Positions 16,350 to 25,263 of a DNA stretch of 64,000 nucleotides are shown piece by piece. The notes under the pieces were generated by a model. The model made no database searches and was not told the DNA's origin. It worked only from the letters and a program-made list of their open reading frames with translations. The stretch lies in assembly GCA_020638905.1 (NCBI GenBank), contig JACKHP010000024.1, positions 228 through 64,227 of the forward strand, read 5' to 3'. This stretch comes from Planctomycetota bacterium (GTDB lineage Bacteria; Planctomycetota; B15-G4). Every line of letters begins with the position of its first letter. Positions within the stretch are counted from its first letter, which is position 1. The translations under genes were made by a program, and so were the position numbers.

Positions 16350-19178
16350 ATGAGCCATCCCCGGCCCTCCGGTCGGGTGCGGTGGCCGTTCGGACGACAT
16401 CGCGTCCAGAGCGCCCGCCGCCCCGTGTCCACGTCCGCGCTCCCGACGGACGGAGCCACCCGACGGCGGGCCCGAACGCTGCTGTGGTGCGGCGCCCTGA
16501 CGGCCGGAGCGCTCGCCGCCTTCTCCGGGGACGGCGCACCTCGCAGCGCCGAGGGCGGTCATCCCGCGCTCGCGGCGGCGACGTCCTCCGAGGCCCTCGG
16601 CGGACCCGACGCGACGCGCTCCGACGACGAGCCACCGGTGCTGCTCGACCCCGACGGACGTGGCGCGCGGCAGCCCCTCCGGGTGCCCGGCGCGGCCACG
16701 ACGTCGGCGACGACGGGCGCGACCTCCGGTGCCGGCGCGGGCACGCCGTCCGCCGCCTCGACTCCCGTCTCGGTGCCCGTGCTCGTGCAGGAGGCCCTGC
16801 CGGTCGGCGAGAGCGGGGTCGATCGCGTGGGTGCCGTGGCGACGTTCGGCCTGCCGTTCCCGCAGGGCCAGGTGCAGCAGATCCAGGGACGCCCGGCGCT
16901 GTCGGTCGCGGGGTCGCCGATCTACCAGTTCACGACCCTCGACACCTGGCCCGACGGCTCGGTGAAGTGGGCGCTGTGCGACGTGCGCGCCGACGTCACC
17001 GCCGGCGGCAAGACGCTCGGACTCACGGTGAAGAAGGGCCTGGGCAGCAACTCCCTGGTCGGCCTCGCGAGCGACGCACCGGGTGCCGTGCAGGTCGACT
17101 CCGGCCCGCTCCGGCTGTGGCTGCCGAAGGACCACGGCGGCAGCGTGCATCCGATCCTGTACGCCAAGCACGTGAGCGCCAAGCTCTCCGCCCCCGCCGC
17201 CCCCATGTGGCTGCTGGGACGCGCGACGAACGGCGACCTGCTCACCACGGGGCACGACACGCACGTCACGCTGCTGCACAACGGCCCCGCGCGGGCCCTG
17301 CTGCAGATCGACGGATCGCTCGTCGATCCGTCCGGCGCGTGGGCGGTCGACTTCACCTGCTACGTCACGCTGCGTCGCGGCAGCTCCGACCTCGAGGTGA
17401 CGGTCACGATCCGCGACGCGAACATCGCCCATCCCCAGCACGTGGTGCTCGAGTCCGTCGGGCTCGTGCTCGCAGGACAGGTCGGCGCCGCACCGCTGGC
17501 CAGCATCGCGCGTCCCACGGGCACGCCGGCGCTCGTCCAGCCGCTGGCTCCCGGCGACTGGTGCTTCGCGTACCAGGCGCACTCGAGCGCGTCGGCGATC
17601 TACACCGATTCGCCCGAGTACCTGCCGCACATCCCCAAGCTGCCGGGGAGCCAGGTCGACTACGAGCAGGAGGGATACCAGATCCAGGTCGCCGGCAACG
17701 ACGTCATCCCGCTCGGGAACCGCGACGCGTATCCCGAGCACGGCTGGCTCGACCTCTCCGGACAGGACGGCGGCGTCACGATGTCGATCCTGCACATGCC
17801 CTACCTGTGGCCGGCGGCGCTCGAGGCCTCGGGTTCGGGCCTGCTCGTGGCTGGCGTCTACACCTCGCGCAACAGCGCGCCCTACACCTGGATGTGGCGC
17901 CAGCACGAGAGCCGCACCGCGGTCTTCTCGTTCCACAAGGGACACGGCGGCGGCGTGCCCGACGCGGCGCAGCTCGAGGCCGTGGCGCTGCGGCTCGACC
18001 TGCCGCTCACGGGACGCGCGGTCGACTACAAGCACTACGACCAGGCCGGCGTGTTCCCGTACCGGCTGCTGACCGTGGCCGAGCAGGAACAGGCCTACGC
18101 GTGGATGGGCATCCCGCACACGCTGCAGACGTCGAACGACGGCTACACCGAGATGCGCTACATCGGCAAGTCGTTCACCGGCGGGACGAACAACTACTCG
18201 CTCAACGAGGACCGCCTCGTGGCGCGCTGGCTGCGACACGGACAGGGCGGCGCGTACGTCAAGGCGCTCGACTACTCGCTCTGGAAGGCCGAGTGGCAGA
18301 TCCGGCGCTCGGACGATCACGTCTACACCACCGACGTGACGGCCACGAACGAGGGCATCGTCCCGACCACGACACGCAGCTTCGGCGACGAGGAGCACCG
18401 CTATCGCGAGGGCCTCGTCGAGAGCTACTGGCTGACCGGCGACCCGCGCTACCGCGACGCGCTCTTCGACGAGGTCGAGGTGCTGAAGACCGTCACCAAC
18501 TACCAGCAGGAGCGCTCGATGTACCAGACGCTGCGTGCCGAGGCGCTCGTCGCCGAGTTCACCCACGACGACACGCTCCTCGACGTGCTGCGCCAGAAGG
18601 CCCAGTGGTTCTGCTCACCCACCGTCGACATCCTGACCGAGACGGCCGGCTGGGGCTGGGAGAGCGCGCCCGACCTGGGCGACCGCCGCTACTACGTGAA
18701 CTCGGCCGACAACAAGGCCGAGAAGCCCCCGGGCGAGAACTTCCAGTGCCGCGGCTTCATCACGGCCAGCCTCGGCCCCATCGGGCTCTACCAGGCGGCA
18801 CGCGCGCTGGGCGTCTCGACGCCCATCGGAGCGCTGGCCCGCGGCCGCATGCGCGACCTCTCGTTCTGGACGCGCAACGAGCTGTTCCCGTTCGTGCCCG
18901 ACCCGGCGAACCGCCATCTGCCGTACTCGTACGCGGTCACCTTCCAGCAGGTCACCGAGTACGAGACGTCCGACTTCCACCCGATCCTGCTGGGGATGGC
19001 CGAGGCGTACGTCGACACGGGCGACGTCACGTACCTGAAGCGCGGCGTGCAGCAGCTCGAGGCCTTCGCGGCCCACGACAACGGACCGCACGACGACAAT
19101 CTCTACCTGGCCGACACGCGCCCCGACTGCCAGCACTTCTTCGCGGTCTACCGCGACTGGTACCTGAGCCAGTTCTGA
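16350..19178 (+). CDS. Large secreted protein, PcRGLX-like (PL26-type barrel/sandwich/toroid) candidate
   Basis: ATG 16350. Arg-rich N-terminus with TLLWCGALTAGALAAF. Ser/Thr/Ala/Gly linker. FGLPFPQGQV...LDTWPDGSVKWAL block that I associate with PcRGLX-like N-terminal barrels. 942 aa. The family call is from memory only. Confidence 0.45.
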   Translation: MSHPRPSGRVRWPFGRHRVQSARRPVSTSALPTDGATRRRARTLLWCGALTAGALAAFSGDGAPRSAEGGHPALAAATSSEALGGPDATRSDDEPPVLLDPDGRGARQPLRVPGAATTSATTGATSGAGAGTPSAASTPVSVPVLVQEALPVGESGVDRVGAVATFGLPFPQGQVQQIQGRPALSVAGSPIYQFTTLDTWPDGSVKWALCDVRADVTAGGKTLGLTVKKGLGSNSLVGLASDAPGAVQVDSGPLRLWLPKDHGGSVHPILYAKHVSAKLSAPAAPMWLLGRATNGDLLTTGHDTHVTLLHNGPARALLQIDGSLVDPSGAWAVDFTCYVTLRRGSSDLEVTVTIRDANIAHPQHVVLESVGLVLAGQVGAAPLASIARPTGTPALVQPLAPGDWCFAYQAHSSASAIYTDSPEYLPHIPKLPGSQVDYEQEGYQIQVAGNDVIPLGNRDAYPEHGWLDLSGQDGGVTMSILHMPYLWPAALEASGSGLLVAGVYTSRNSAPYTWMWRQHESRTAVFSFHKGHGGGVPDAAQLEAVALRLDLPLTGRAVDYKHYDQAGVFPYRLLTVAEQEQAYAWMGIPHTLQTSNDGYTEMRYIGKSFTGGTNNYSLNEDRLVARWLRHGQGGAYVKALDYSLWKAEWQIRRSDDHVYTTDVTATNEGIVPTTTRSFGDEEHRYREGLVESYWLTGDPRYRDALFDEVEVLKTVTNYQQERSMYQTLRAEALVAEFTHDDTLLDVLRQKAQWFCSPTVDILTETAGWGWESAPDLGDRRYYVNSADNKAEKPPGENFQCRGFITASLGPIGLYQAARALGVSTPIGALARGRMRDLSFWTRNELFPFVPDPANRHLPYSYAVTFQQVTEYETSDFHPILLGMAEAYVDTGDVTYLKRGVQQLEAFAAHDNGPHDDNLYLADTRPDCQHFFAVYRDWYLSQF

Positions 19179-19232
19179 CCCCGCGTCCACGCCGCCGCGG
19201 TGCCGTCGTCGCGTGCGCGCACCGCCCGACGG

Positions 19233-19255
19233 CGCGGGGCGCCCGGCGCCCCGCG
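19233..19255. terminator. Perfect GC palindrome between convergent genes
   Basis: CGCGGGGCGCC-C-GGCGCCCCGCG (11-nt arms). It lies between the stop at 19178 (+) and the stop at 19260 (-). Confidence 0.45.
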
Positions 19256-19259
19256 GACG

Positions 19260-19721
19260 TCAGCGAGGCGAGGCTCCGAGGGGCACCACGCCCTCGCGCA
19301 GTGGCACGAGCCGCTGGCCGTCGAAGGCGTACGGCGTGCCGGCGTACTCGCCCTCGAGGCGGAACAGCGTGAGATCGTCGACCTCGCGATAGCAGTTGAG
19401 CGGCGGACGCGCGGCCTCGACCGGCTGTCCGTCGGCGTCGACCTGCTGCGACTCGTCGACGACGTCCTCGAGCAGCCGATCGCTGCGCGGATCGACCAGG
19501 GCGACGCCGTCGACCACCAGCCCGCGCTCGCACACGCAGCCCCAGTCGGGGACGTAGACCTGTCCCTCGAGGACGACGATCGGACGGTCGTAGCGCGCGT
19601 ACAACTGCTGCAGGCGGGCCAGGTCGAAGCCCGGACCGACGGGATGCATCACGAAGCGCGGGACGGAACCGCAACCGACCACGCCCATCGCGGCCAGCAG
19701 CACGAGACACCGCATCCGCAT
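19260..19721 (-). CDS. Small lipoprotein, unknown function
   Basis: In-frame ATG 19721 gives MRMRCLVLLAAMGVVGCGS (lipobox VVGC). 153 aa. The upstream part of the track ORF is Arg-rich. Confidence 0.65.
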   Translation of the reverse strand: MRMRCLVLLAAMGVVGCGSVPRFVMHPVGPGFDLARLQQLYARYDRPIVVLEGQVYVPDWGCVCERGLVVDGVALVDPRSDRLLEDVVDESQQVDADGQPVEAARPPLNCYREVDDLTLFRLEGEYAGTPYAFDGQRLVPLREGVVPLGASPR

Positions 19722-19876
19722 GTCGAGACTCCCGGACGTCAGACCACCTCCCGCGGCGCGGCGCCGATCGCCGTGCCGGTCGGAGCACCAGAGCAGACCA
19801 AGCCGCGAGGCCCCGCGTCCAGGATCGCTTCGCGACGCACGGGCCGCGGCCGAGGCACGAGGGAGCCGGAGCGCAC

Positions 19877-20842
19877 TCAGGGGCGCGACCATTCGTAGCG
19901 GAAGCGCACCGACGGAGAGAGCGCCGAGAGCAGCCCGAACGACGGCGCGGGCACCTCGGCGGAGGTGGCGTAGACGTTGCGCGGCGTGCCCGTCCCCACG
20001 CGGTAGGTGATCACCTCGGCGTCGTCCAGCCCCGCCTCCTGCATGGCCATGTCGAGCACCTCGTCGAGGTACGCGATGCCGTCGACGAGGCCCGCCTCGA
20101 GCGCCTTCTGCGCGGTCAGGACGCGTCCGTCGGCGAGCTTGCGCACCGCGGCCACGTCGAGACCCGGACGTCCTTGGTCGACGACCGCGACGAAGCGCTC
20201 GAAGTACGAGTCGACGAGATCCTGGAAGACGGCGCGCTCGCTCTCGGTGAGCGCGCGGTAGGGGCTGCCCATGTCCTTGTACTCGCCGCTCTTCACGGCC
20301 TCGCTGCGCACCCCGAGCATCTCCATCAGCCCGTGCGCGTCGGTGATCTGCGTGATCACGCCGATGCTGCCCGTGACCGTGGTCGGCAGGGCGTAGACGC
20401 TGTCGGCGGCCATCGCCACGTACACTCCGCCCGACGCGGCCGTGTCCATCATGCAGGCCAGCACGGGGATGCCGCGGCGCGCCTTGAAGCGCATCAGCGC
20501 GCGGTGCATCAGGTCGGCGGCCGTCACGCCCCCGCCCGGCGAGTCGATGCGCAGCACGACCGCGCGCACGTCGGGGTCGCTCGCCGCGATCTCGAGCTCG
20601 GTCACCAGATCGGCCACGCTGTTGCGCGTGCTCGAGAGCAGGCTGCTCTCCGACGCGTCGGTCAGCTCGCCCTCGATCGAGAGCATGAGCACCTTCTCGC
20701 CGGTCCAGAACGAGTCGGCATCGCGCACCACGACCTCGACCAGGCCGGTCGGGATCGGGCCCCCTCCCACCGGCGCGTAGATGATGCAGCCCGAGGGGGC
20801 CAGCAGCGCGAGCAGGGCGAGCAGGCGGACGCGGACGGACAT
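19877..20842 (-). CDS. sppA: Signal peptide peptidase SppA (S49, 36K type)
   Basis: RAVVLRIDSPGGGV, ASGGVYVAMAAD and TGSIGV (Ser nucleophile block) are present. N-terminal lipobox-like LLAPSGC. Confidence 0.85.
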   Translation of the reverse strand: MSVRVRLLALLALLAPSGCIIYAPVGGGPIPTGLVEVVVRDADSFWTGEKVLMLSIEGELTDASESSLLSSTRNSVADLVTELEIAASDPDVRAVVLRIDSPGGGVTAADLMHRALMRFKARRGIPVLACMMDTAASGGVYVAMAADSVYALPTTVTGSIGVITQITDAHGLMEMLGVRSEAVKSGEYKDMGSPYRALTESERAVFQDLVDSYFERFVAVVDQGRPGLDVAAVRKLADGRVLTAQKALEAGLVDGIAYLDEVLDMAMQEAGLDDAEVITYRVGTGTPRNVYATSAEVPAPSFGLLSALSPSVRFRYEWSRP

Positions 20843-21015
20843 GGGGCGGACTCCGGCGGGGAACGCCGGGAGTCTACCCGCGCCGGGCGGCCGGACCGGC
20901 GCTCCGATCCGCGAGCGCGGCCCGGACCGGCGTAGCGCGAGGCTCGGCGGTTGGCTCCGGACGGTCCGGAACGGATACTGCGTGAATTCCCATCCGACTC
21001 CGTGGAGCCTCCGCC

Positions 21016-21507
21016 ATGACCTCTCTCCGCCCCTTCGCGCCGCGCCTGCTGGGTGTCGCCTGCCTCGCCGTGCTCGTGCTCGGCCTGTCGGTCGTCGCCC
21101 GCACCGAGACCAAGGCGCCCACCCCCGACGAGCAGCTGCACGAGCTCATGATCGGCCTCAAGCGCCAGCTCAAGGAGTTCGGACGCGCGGTGGCCGATCC
21201 CGCCATGAACGAGACCTCGCTGGCCGCCGTGGCCGAGATGCAGGCCATCGCGCTGGCGGCCAAAACGCTCGAGCCCTCGAACCTCGACGAGAAGCCGAAG
21301 GAGGAACGCGCCGCACACAAGGCCGCCTACCGCGCCGACATGGCCCGCATGCTCTCCGACCTGTGCCAGATGGAGATCGCCATCCTCGAGGGTCGCAACG
21401 CCGACGCCCAGGCGACCCTGCAGGGCCCGCTCTTCGACCTGCGCGAATCGAGCCACGAGAAGTACCAGAAGGAAGAGGGCGAAGAGCACCACGAGCGGCG
21501 TCGCTGA
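21016..21507 (+). CDS. Cytochrome b562-like four-helix-bundle protein, secreted
   Basis: GGAG lies 8 nt upstream. Signal LLGVACLAVLVLGLSVVA. The LHELMIGLK region and C-terminal RESSHEKYQ parallel the Met7 and His102 ligand regions of E. coli b562 (by-eye alignment). Confidence 0.6.
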   Translation: MTSLRPFAPRLLGVACLAVLVLGLSVVARTETKAPTPDEQLHELMIGLKRQLKEFGRAVADPAMNETSLAAVAEMQAIALAAKTLEPSNLDEKPKEERAAHKAAYRADMARMLSDLCQMEIAILEGRNADAQATLQGPLFDLRESSHEKYQKEEGEEHHERRR

Positions 21508-21523
21508 GCGACGTCGCCGGGCC

Positions 21524-21552
21524 GACGCGGCGCGGCGGGGGCGCGCCGCGTC
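21524..21552. terminator. Stem-loop between convergent genes
   Basis: GACGCGGCGCG-GCGGGGG-CGCGCCGCGTC forms an 11-bp perfect stem with a 7-nt loop. It overlaps the stop codon of 21551..22408. Confidence 0.5.
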
Positions 21553-22408
21553 AGGCCAGCGAGAGCACGAAGCGGCGCACGAGTCGCGCCGCCACGTCGC
21601 GCCGGTAGGCTGCGGTCGAGCGCACGTCGTCGATCGGTGCGATGTCGTGCGTGAGCGCCTCGGACGCACGCTGCGCGAGGGCCGCGTCGGCGCGCTCTCC
21701 GACGAGCAGGTCCTCGGCCGCGCGCGCCCGCACGGGACGCTCGCGCACAGCGCCCAGGCCCAGCCGCGCGCAGGTGATGCGCCGCTCGTCGTCGAGCACG
21801 GCCACGGCGGCCAGCATCACCTTGCTGACCGATTGTGCGCGGCGCGTCCCGACCTTGCGCCAGGCGTGGCGCGCGCCCTCGCTCGCGAAGAGCGCGCGCC
21901 GACCGAAGCGCAGCGCCGCAATGAGTTCGCCGGGGCGCAGGTCGGTCGTGCGGTAGCCGGTGCAGAAGTCGTCGAACGCGACGAGGCGCACGCCCTTTCG
22001 CGAGACGAGCTCGACCTCGGCGTCGAGCGCCAGCAGCGCCGGGAGCGTGTCGCCCACCGGTGAGCAGGTGCCGACGTTGCCGCCCAGCGTCCCGCGCGCC
22101 TGGATCTGCCAGGCGCCGACCTCGCGCGCCACCGCCGCGAGCAGCGGCAGGTGCCGACGCACGTCGTCGCTCGCCAACAGCATCGAATAGGTCGTCGCGG
22201 CCCCGATGCGCAGCGAGCCGTCGCGCATCGGCTCGACGCCCACGAGCCCTGGCAGTCCGAACAGGTCGATCACGCCCGCCGGCGCGGGACGTCGTCCCGC
22301 GTCGACCATCAGGTCGGTGCCACCGGCCAGCACGCGCCAGTCGGCGTGCTCCTCGCGCACGGCGAGGGCCTCGTCTAGCGTGGCGGGACGGATCCAGGGC
22401 GTCGTCAC
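21551..22408 (-). CDS. Xanthine dehydrogenase/CO dehydrogenase family, FAD-binding (medium) subunit
   Basis: GTG 22408 overlaps the small-subunit stop (GTGA). VLAGGTDLMV, GTLGGNV and C-terminal IDDVRSTAAYRR are present. Confidence 0.85.
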   Translation of the reverse strand: MTTPWIRPATLDEALAVREEHADWRVLAGGTDLMVDAGRRPAPAGVIDLFGLPGLVGVEPMRDGSLRIGAATTYSMLLASDDVRRHLPLLAAVAREVGAWQIQARGTLGGNVGTCSPVGDTLPALLALDAEVELVSRKGVRLVAFDDFCTGYRTTDLRPGELIAALRFGRRALFASEGARHAWRKVGTRRAQSVSKVMLAAVAVLDDERRITCARLGLGAVRERPVRARAAEDLLVGERADAALAQRASEALTHDIAPIDDVRSTAAYRRDVAARLVRRFVLSLA

Positions 22409-22890
22409 GGCGCCCCTTCACCGGACGGACCGGCAGCCGGGCGCGCGGCGGCGCAGAGCGCGTCGATCACGAGCTGGTATCCCGTGCAGCGGCACAGGTT
22501 GCCGGCCAGCAGTTCGCGCAGCCGCTCGGCCGACGCGTCGGGCTCGCGGCGCAGCGCGGCCGTGGCGCAGACCGCGATGCCCGGCGTGCAGATGCCGCAC
22601 TGCGTGCCGCCGAAGCGCACCAGCGCGTCCTGCACGGCCGAGAGCAGCTCGCCGTCGCCGAGGCCCTCGACGGTCATGATCTCGGAGCCGTCGACCTGTC
22701 CCGCGGGGACGAGGCACGAGCACACCGGCTCGCCGTCGAGCAGCACGGTGCACGCACCGCACTCGCCCTCGCCGCAGCCCTCCTTGCTGCCGGTCAGGCG
22801 CAGCTCGTCACGCAGCACGTCGAGCAGTCGCCGCTGCGGGTCGACGTCGAGCAGCAGGTCGCGTCCGTTGAGGCGTACGCGCAGGGTCAC
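22405..22890 (-). CDS. Xanthine dehydrogenase family, [2Fe-2S] (small) subunit
   Basis: GTG 22890 overlaps the large-subunit stop. Cys clusters CGEGECGACTV and CGICTPG...CRCTGY. Only the last 161 codons of track ORF 22405..25065 are real. Confidence 0.9.
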   Translation of the reverse strand: MTLRVRLNGRDLLLDVDPQRRLLDVLRDELRLTGSKEGCGEGECGACTVLLDGEPVCSCLVPAGQVDGSEIMTVEGLGDGELLSAVQDALVRFGGTQCGICTPGIAVCATAALRREPDASAERLRELLAGNLCRCTGYQLVIDALCAAARPAAGPSGEGAP

Positions 22891-25187
22891 GTCGCTCCCT
22901 CCCGCGCGGCGCGCGCCGCGGCGATCGTCTCGGGCAGCATCGGGACGCACGCGGGCTCGATGCCCAGAGCGTCGGCCAACGCGTTCGCCGCCGCGGCGGC
23001 CGGGCCGTCCATCGGGATCTCGCCCACGCCCTTGGCCCCGTGGGGACCGAACGGGTACGGAGACTCGACGAGCAGCGTCTCCATCTTCGGGGCGTCGGCG
23101 CTCGTGGGGATGATGCAGTCGGTCATGCGCGGGTTGAGCACGCGTCCCCCGCCGTACTTCACGGCCTCGAGCAGGGCCCAGCCGAGCGCCTGCAGCGTGC
23201 CGCCCTCGATCTGTCCCTGCACCATGACGGGGTGGATCGCGTGGCCGACGTCGACCGCGTGCACGCAGCGTTCGATCGTGACCTCGTGCGTGTCGTCGTC
23301 GACCGCCACGTCGACCAGGCACGCCGCCCAGCCGTACACGGGATACGCCGAGCCGGTGTAGCTCTCGTCGTCCCACGCGATGCCGGGCGGCGGAGCGTAG
23401 GTCACCGTGCGCTCGGCCTCGCCCACGTCGCGCACGTGCGCCCGCGCGATCTCGCCCAGGTCGGCGCCGGACAGACCGTGCGCGCGGCCCCACGCGAGCA
23501 GGTGCGCACGCAGCGCGGTGGCGGCGTCCTCGACGACCTTGCCGACGACCATGCAGGTGCGCGAGGCCACCGTCGGTCCGCTGTCGGGGACACGGTCGGT
23601 CGTCGGTTCGAGCACCGAGACGCGCGCGCCGTCGACGCCCAGGGCGTCGGCCGCGATCTGCGCGAAGGTCGTGAAGGCTCCCTGTCCGATGTCGGTCGAA
23701 CTGCTGCGCACCTCGAAGCCGCCGTCGGGACGGGTCGCGACGCTGGCGCGTCCCGCGAGGCGTTGCTCGCCGCTGCCGGTGAAGCCCGCGCCGTGCATGC
23801 AGAAGGCGATGCCCCGACCGCGCCGCACCGGCGACCCGAGGCGCACGTCGGGAAGTTCGTCGCGCGGCGGCGGCCACGCGGGCGACGAGCTGCCCTCGTG
23901 ATCGGGACGCGGCGACGGCGCCACGCGCCGCAGCGCGTCGAGCACCGCCAGGCTGCCCACGCTGTGCTCGAGCACCTGGCCGGTCGAGGTCGTGTCGCCC
24001 GCGCGCAGCGCGTTCTTGCGGCGCAGCTCCCAGGGATCGACGCCCAGGGCGCGCGCCGCGCGGTCGACCTGACGCTCGGTGGCGAAGATCGCCTGGGGCG
24101 CGCCGAAGCCGCGGAAGGCGCCGTGCGGCGGGGTGTTCGTCGCCAGCGCCCGCCCGACGACCCGCACGTGCGGCAGCCGGTAGGGACCGGCGGCGTGCAG
24201 CACGGCGCGCGAGAGCACCACCGGCGTGAGCGTCACGTACGCTCCGCCGTCGAGGACCAGGTCGACGTCGGCCGCGACGAACGTGCCGTCGCGCATGAGC
24301 CCGAGCCGGTGGCGCACCCGCGACGGATGACGCTTCGTGGTGGCCGCGACGTCCTCCTCGCGGTCGTACACGATCTTCACCGGACGCCCCGCCGCGCGCG
24401 CCAGGAGCGCGGCGTGCAACGCGAGCATCGACGGATACTCTTCTTTGCCGCCGAAGCCGCCGCCGGTCACGGCCTGGGTCACGATCGCGTGCGCGTCGTC
24501 GAGTCCGAAGAGCACCTTCATCGCCGAGTGCACGTAGTACGGGCACTGCATCGAGCCCGTCACGTGGCAGGCTCCGTGCTCGTCCCAGTGCGCAAGCATG
24601 CCCTGGGGCTCGATGTACATCTGCTCCTGCGCACCCGTCTCGTAGACACCCTCGATCACGAGGTCGCAGCCCGCCAGCGCCCGCTCGACCTCGTCGCCCT
24701 TCGCGATGCGCAGGGTCTTCATCACGTTGTCGTCGCCGTGCACGAGCGCGTCGGCGCGCAACGCGGCGTCGAGGTCGAGGGCCGCGGGGAGCTCGTCGAC
24801 CTCGAGCCGCACCGCGGCCGCGGCGGCGAAGGCCCGCGCGCGCGTCGAGGCGGCCACGAGCGCCACCGGCTCGGCCACGTGCCGGATCGTCCCGCCCACG
24901 GGCACCAGCGCGGGCTGGTCGCCTTCGATGAGCGAGACCACGTTGCACCCGCGGATGTCGGCCGCGGTCACGACCGTCACGTCGCTCCAGTCGAACGCTC
25001 GGTCGAGGTGCACTCCCCGCAACCGGCCGTGCGGGACGCTGGAGCGCACCGTCGCGCCGTGCCACGCGTCCTCGCAGGGCAGGTCGTCGACGTACAGCGC
25101 GCGCCCGCTGACCTTGGCCGCGCCGTCGACGCGCGGCGGGGAGCGCCCCACGGCGACGTCGGCGGGAGAATGCGTCGGCACGGACAC
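22887..25187 (-). CDS. Xanthine dehydrogenase family, molybdopterin-binding (large) subunit
   Basis: GTG 25187. VDGAAKVSGRALYVDDL hammerhead block and TGGGFGGKE. 766 aa. No CODH-specific active-site loop recognised. Confidence 0.85.
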   Translation of the reverse strand: MSVPTHSPADVAVGRSPPRVDGAAKVSGRALYVDDLPCEDAWHGATVRSSVPHGRLRGVHLDRAFDWSDVTVVTAADIRGCNVVSLIEGDQPALVPVGGTIRHVAEPVALVAASTRARAFAAAAAVRLEVDELPAALDLDAALRADALVHGDDNVMKTLRIAKGDEVERALAGCDLVIEGVYETGAQEQMYIEPQGMLAHWDEHGACHVTGSMQCPYYVHSAMKVLFGLDDAHAIVTQAVTGGGFGGKEEYPSMLALHAALLARAAGRPVKIVYDREEDVAATTKRHPSRVRHRLGLMRDGTFVAADVDLVLDGGAYVTLTPVVLSRAVLHAAGPYRLPHVRVVGRALATNTPPHGAFRGFGAPQAIFATERQVDRAARALGVDPWELRRKNALRAGDTTSTGQVLEHSVGSLAVLDALRRVAPSPRPDHEGSSSPAWPPPRDELPDVRLGSPVRRGRGIAFCMHGAGFTGSGEQRLAGRASVATRPDGGFEVRSSSTDIGQGAFTTFAQIAADALGVDGARVSVLEPTTDRVPDSGPTVASRTCMVVGKVVEDAATALRAHLLAWGRAHGLSGADLGEIARAHVRDVGEAERTVTYAPPPGIAWDDESYTGSAYPVYGWAACLVDVAVDDDTHEVTIERCVHAVDVGHAIHPVMVQGQIEGGTLQALGWALLEAVKYGGGRVLNPRMTDCIIPTSADAPKMETLLVESPYPFGPHGAKGVGEIPMDGPAAAAANALADALGIEPACVPMLPETIAAARAAREGAT

Positions 25188-25263
25188 GGGGACGGGCGGG
25201 GCTCCACGCGGGGAGGTCCGATCGTAACCCTCGGCGCGGGCCGCTCCGAGCCCCGTCCCGCGA

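Noticed and set aside
21016-25187. Cytochrome b562-like protein as electron acceptor of the adjacent XDH-family molybdoenzyme
   Set aside because: The genes are convergent and separated by a terminator-like hairpin. b562 has a signal peptide, while the XDH subunits show no Tat or Sec signal, so the compartments differ.
25188-25263. Imperfect long-range inverted repeat (GGGGACGGGCGGGGCTC ... GAGCCCCGTCCCGC) as terminator/promoter element
   Set aside because: The arms need a bulge and enclose a ~45-nt loop. That is too weak to call without folding energy calculations.
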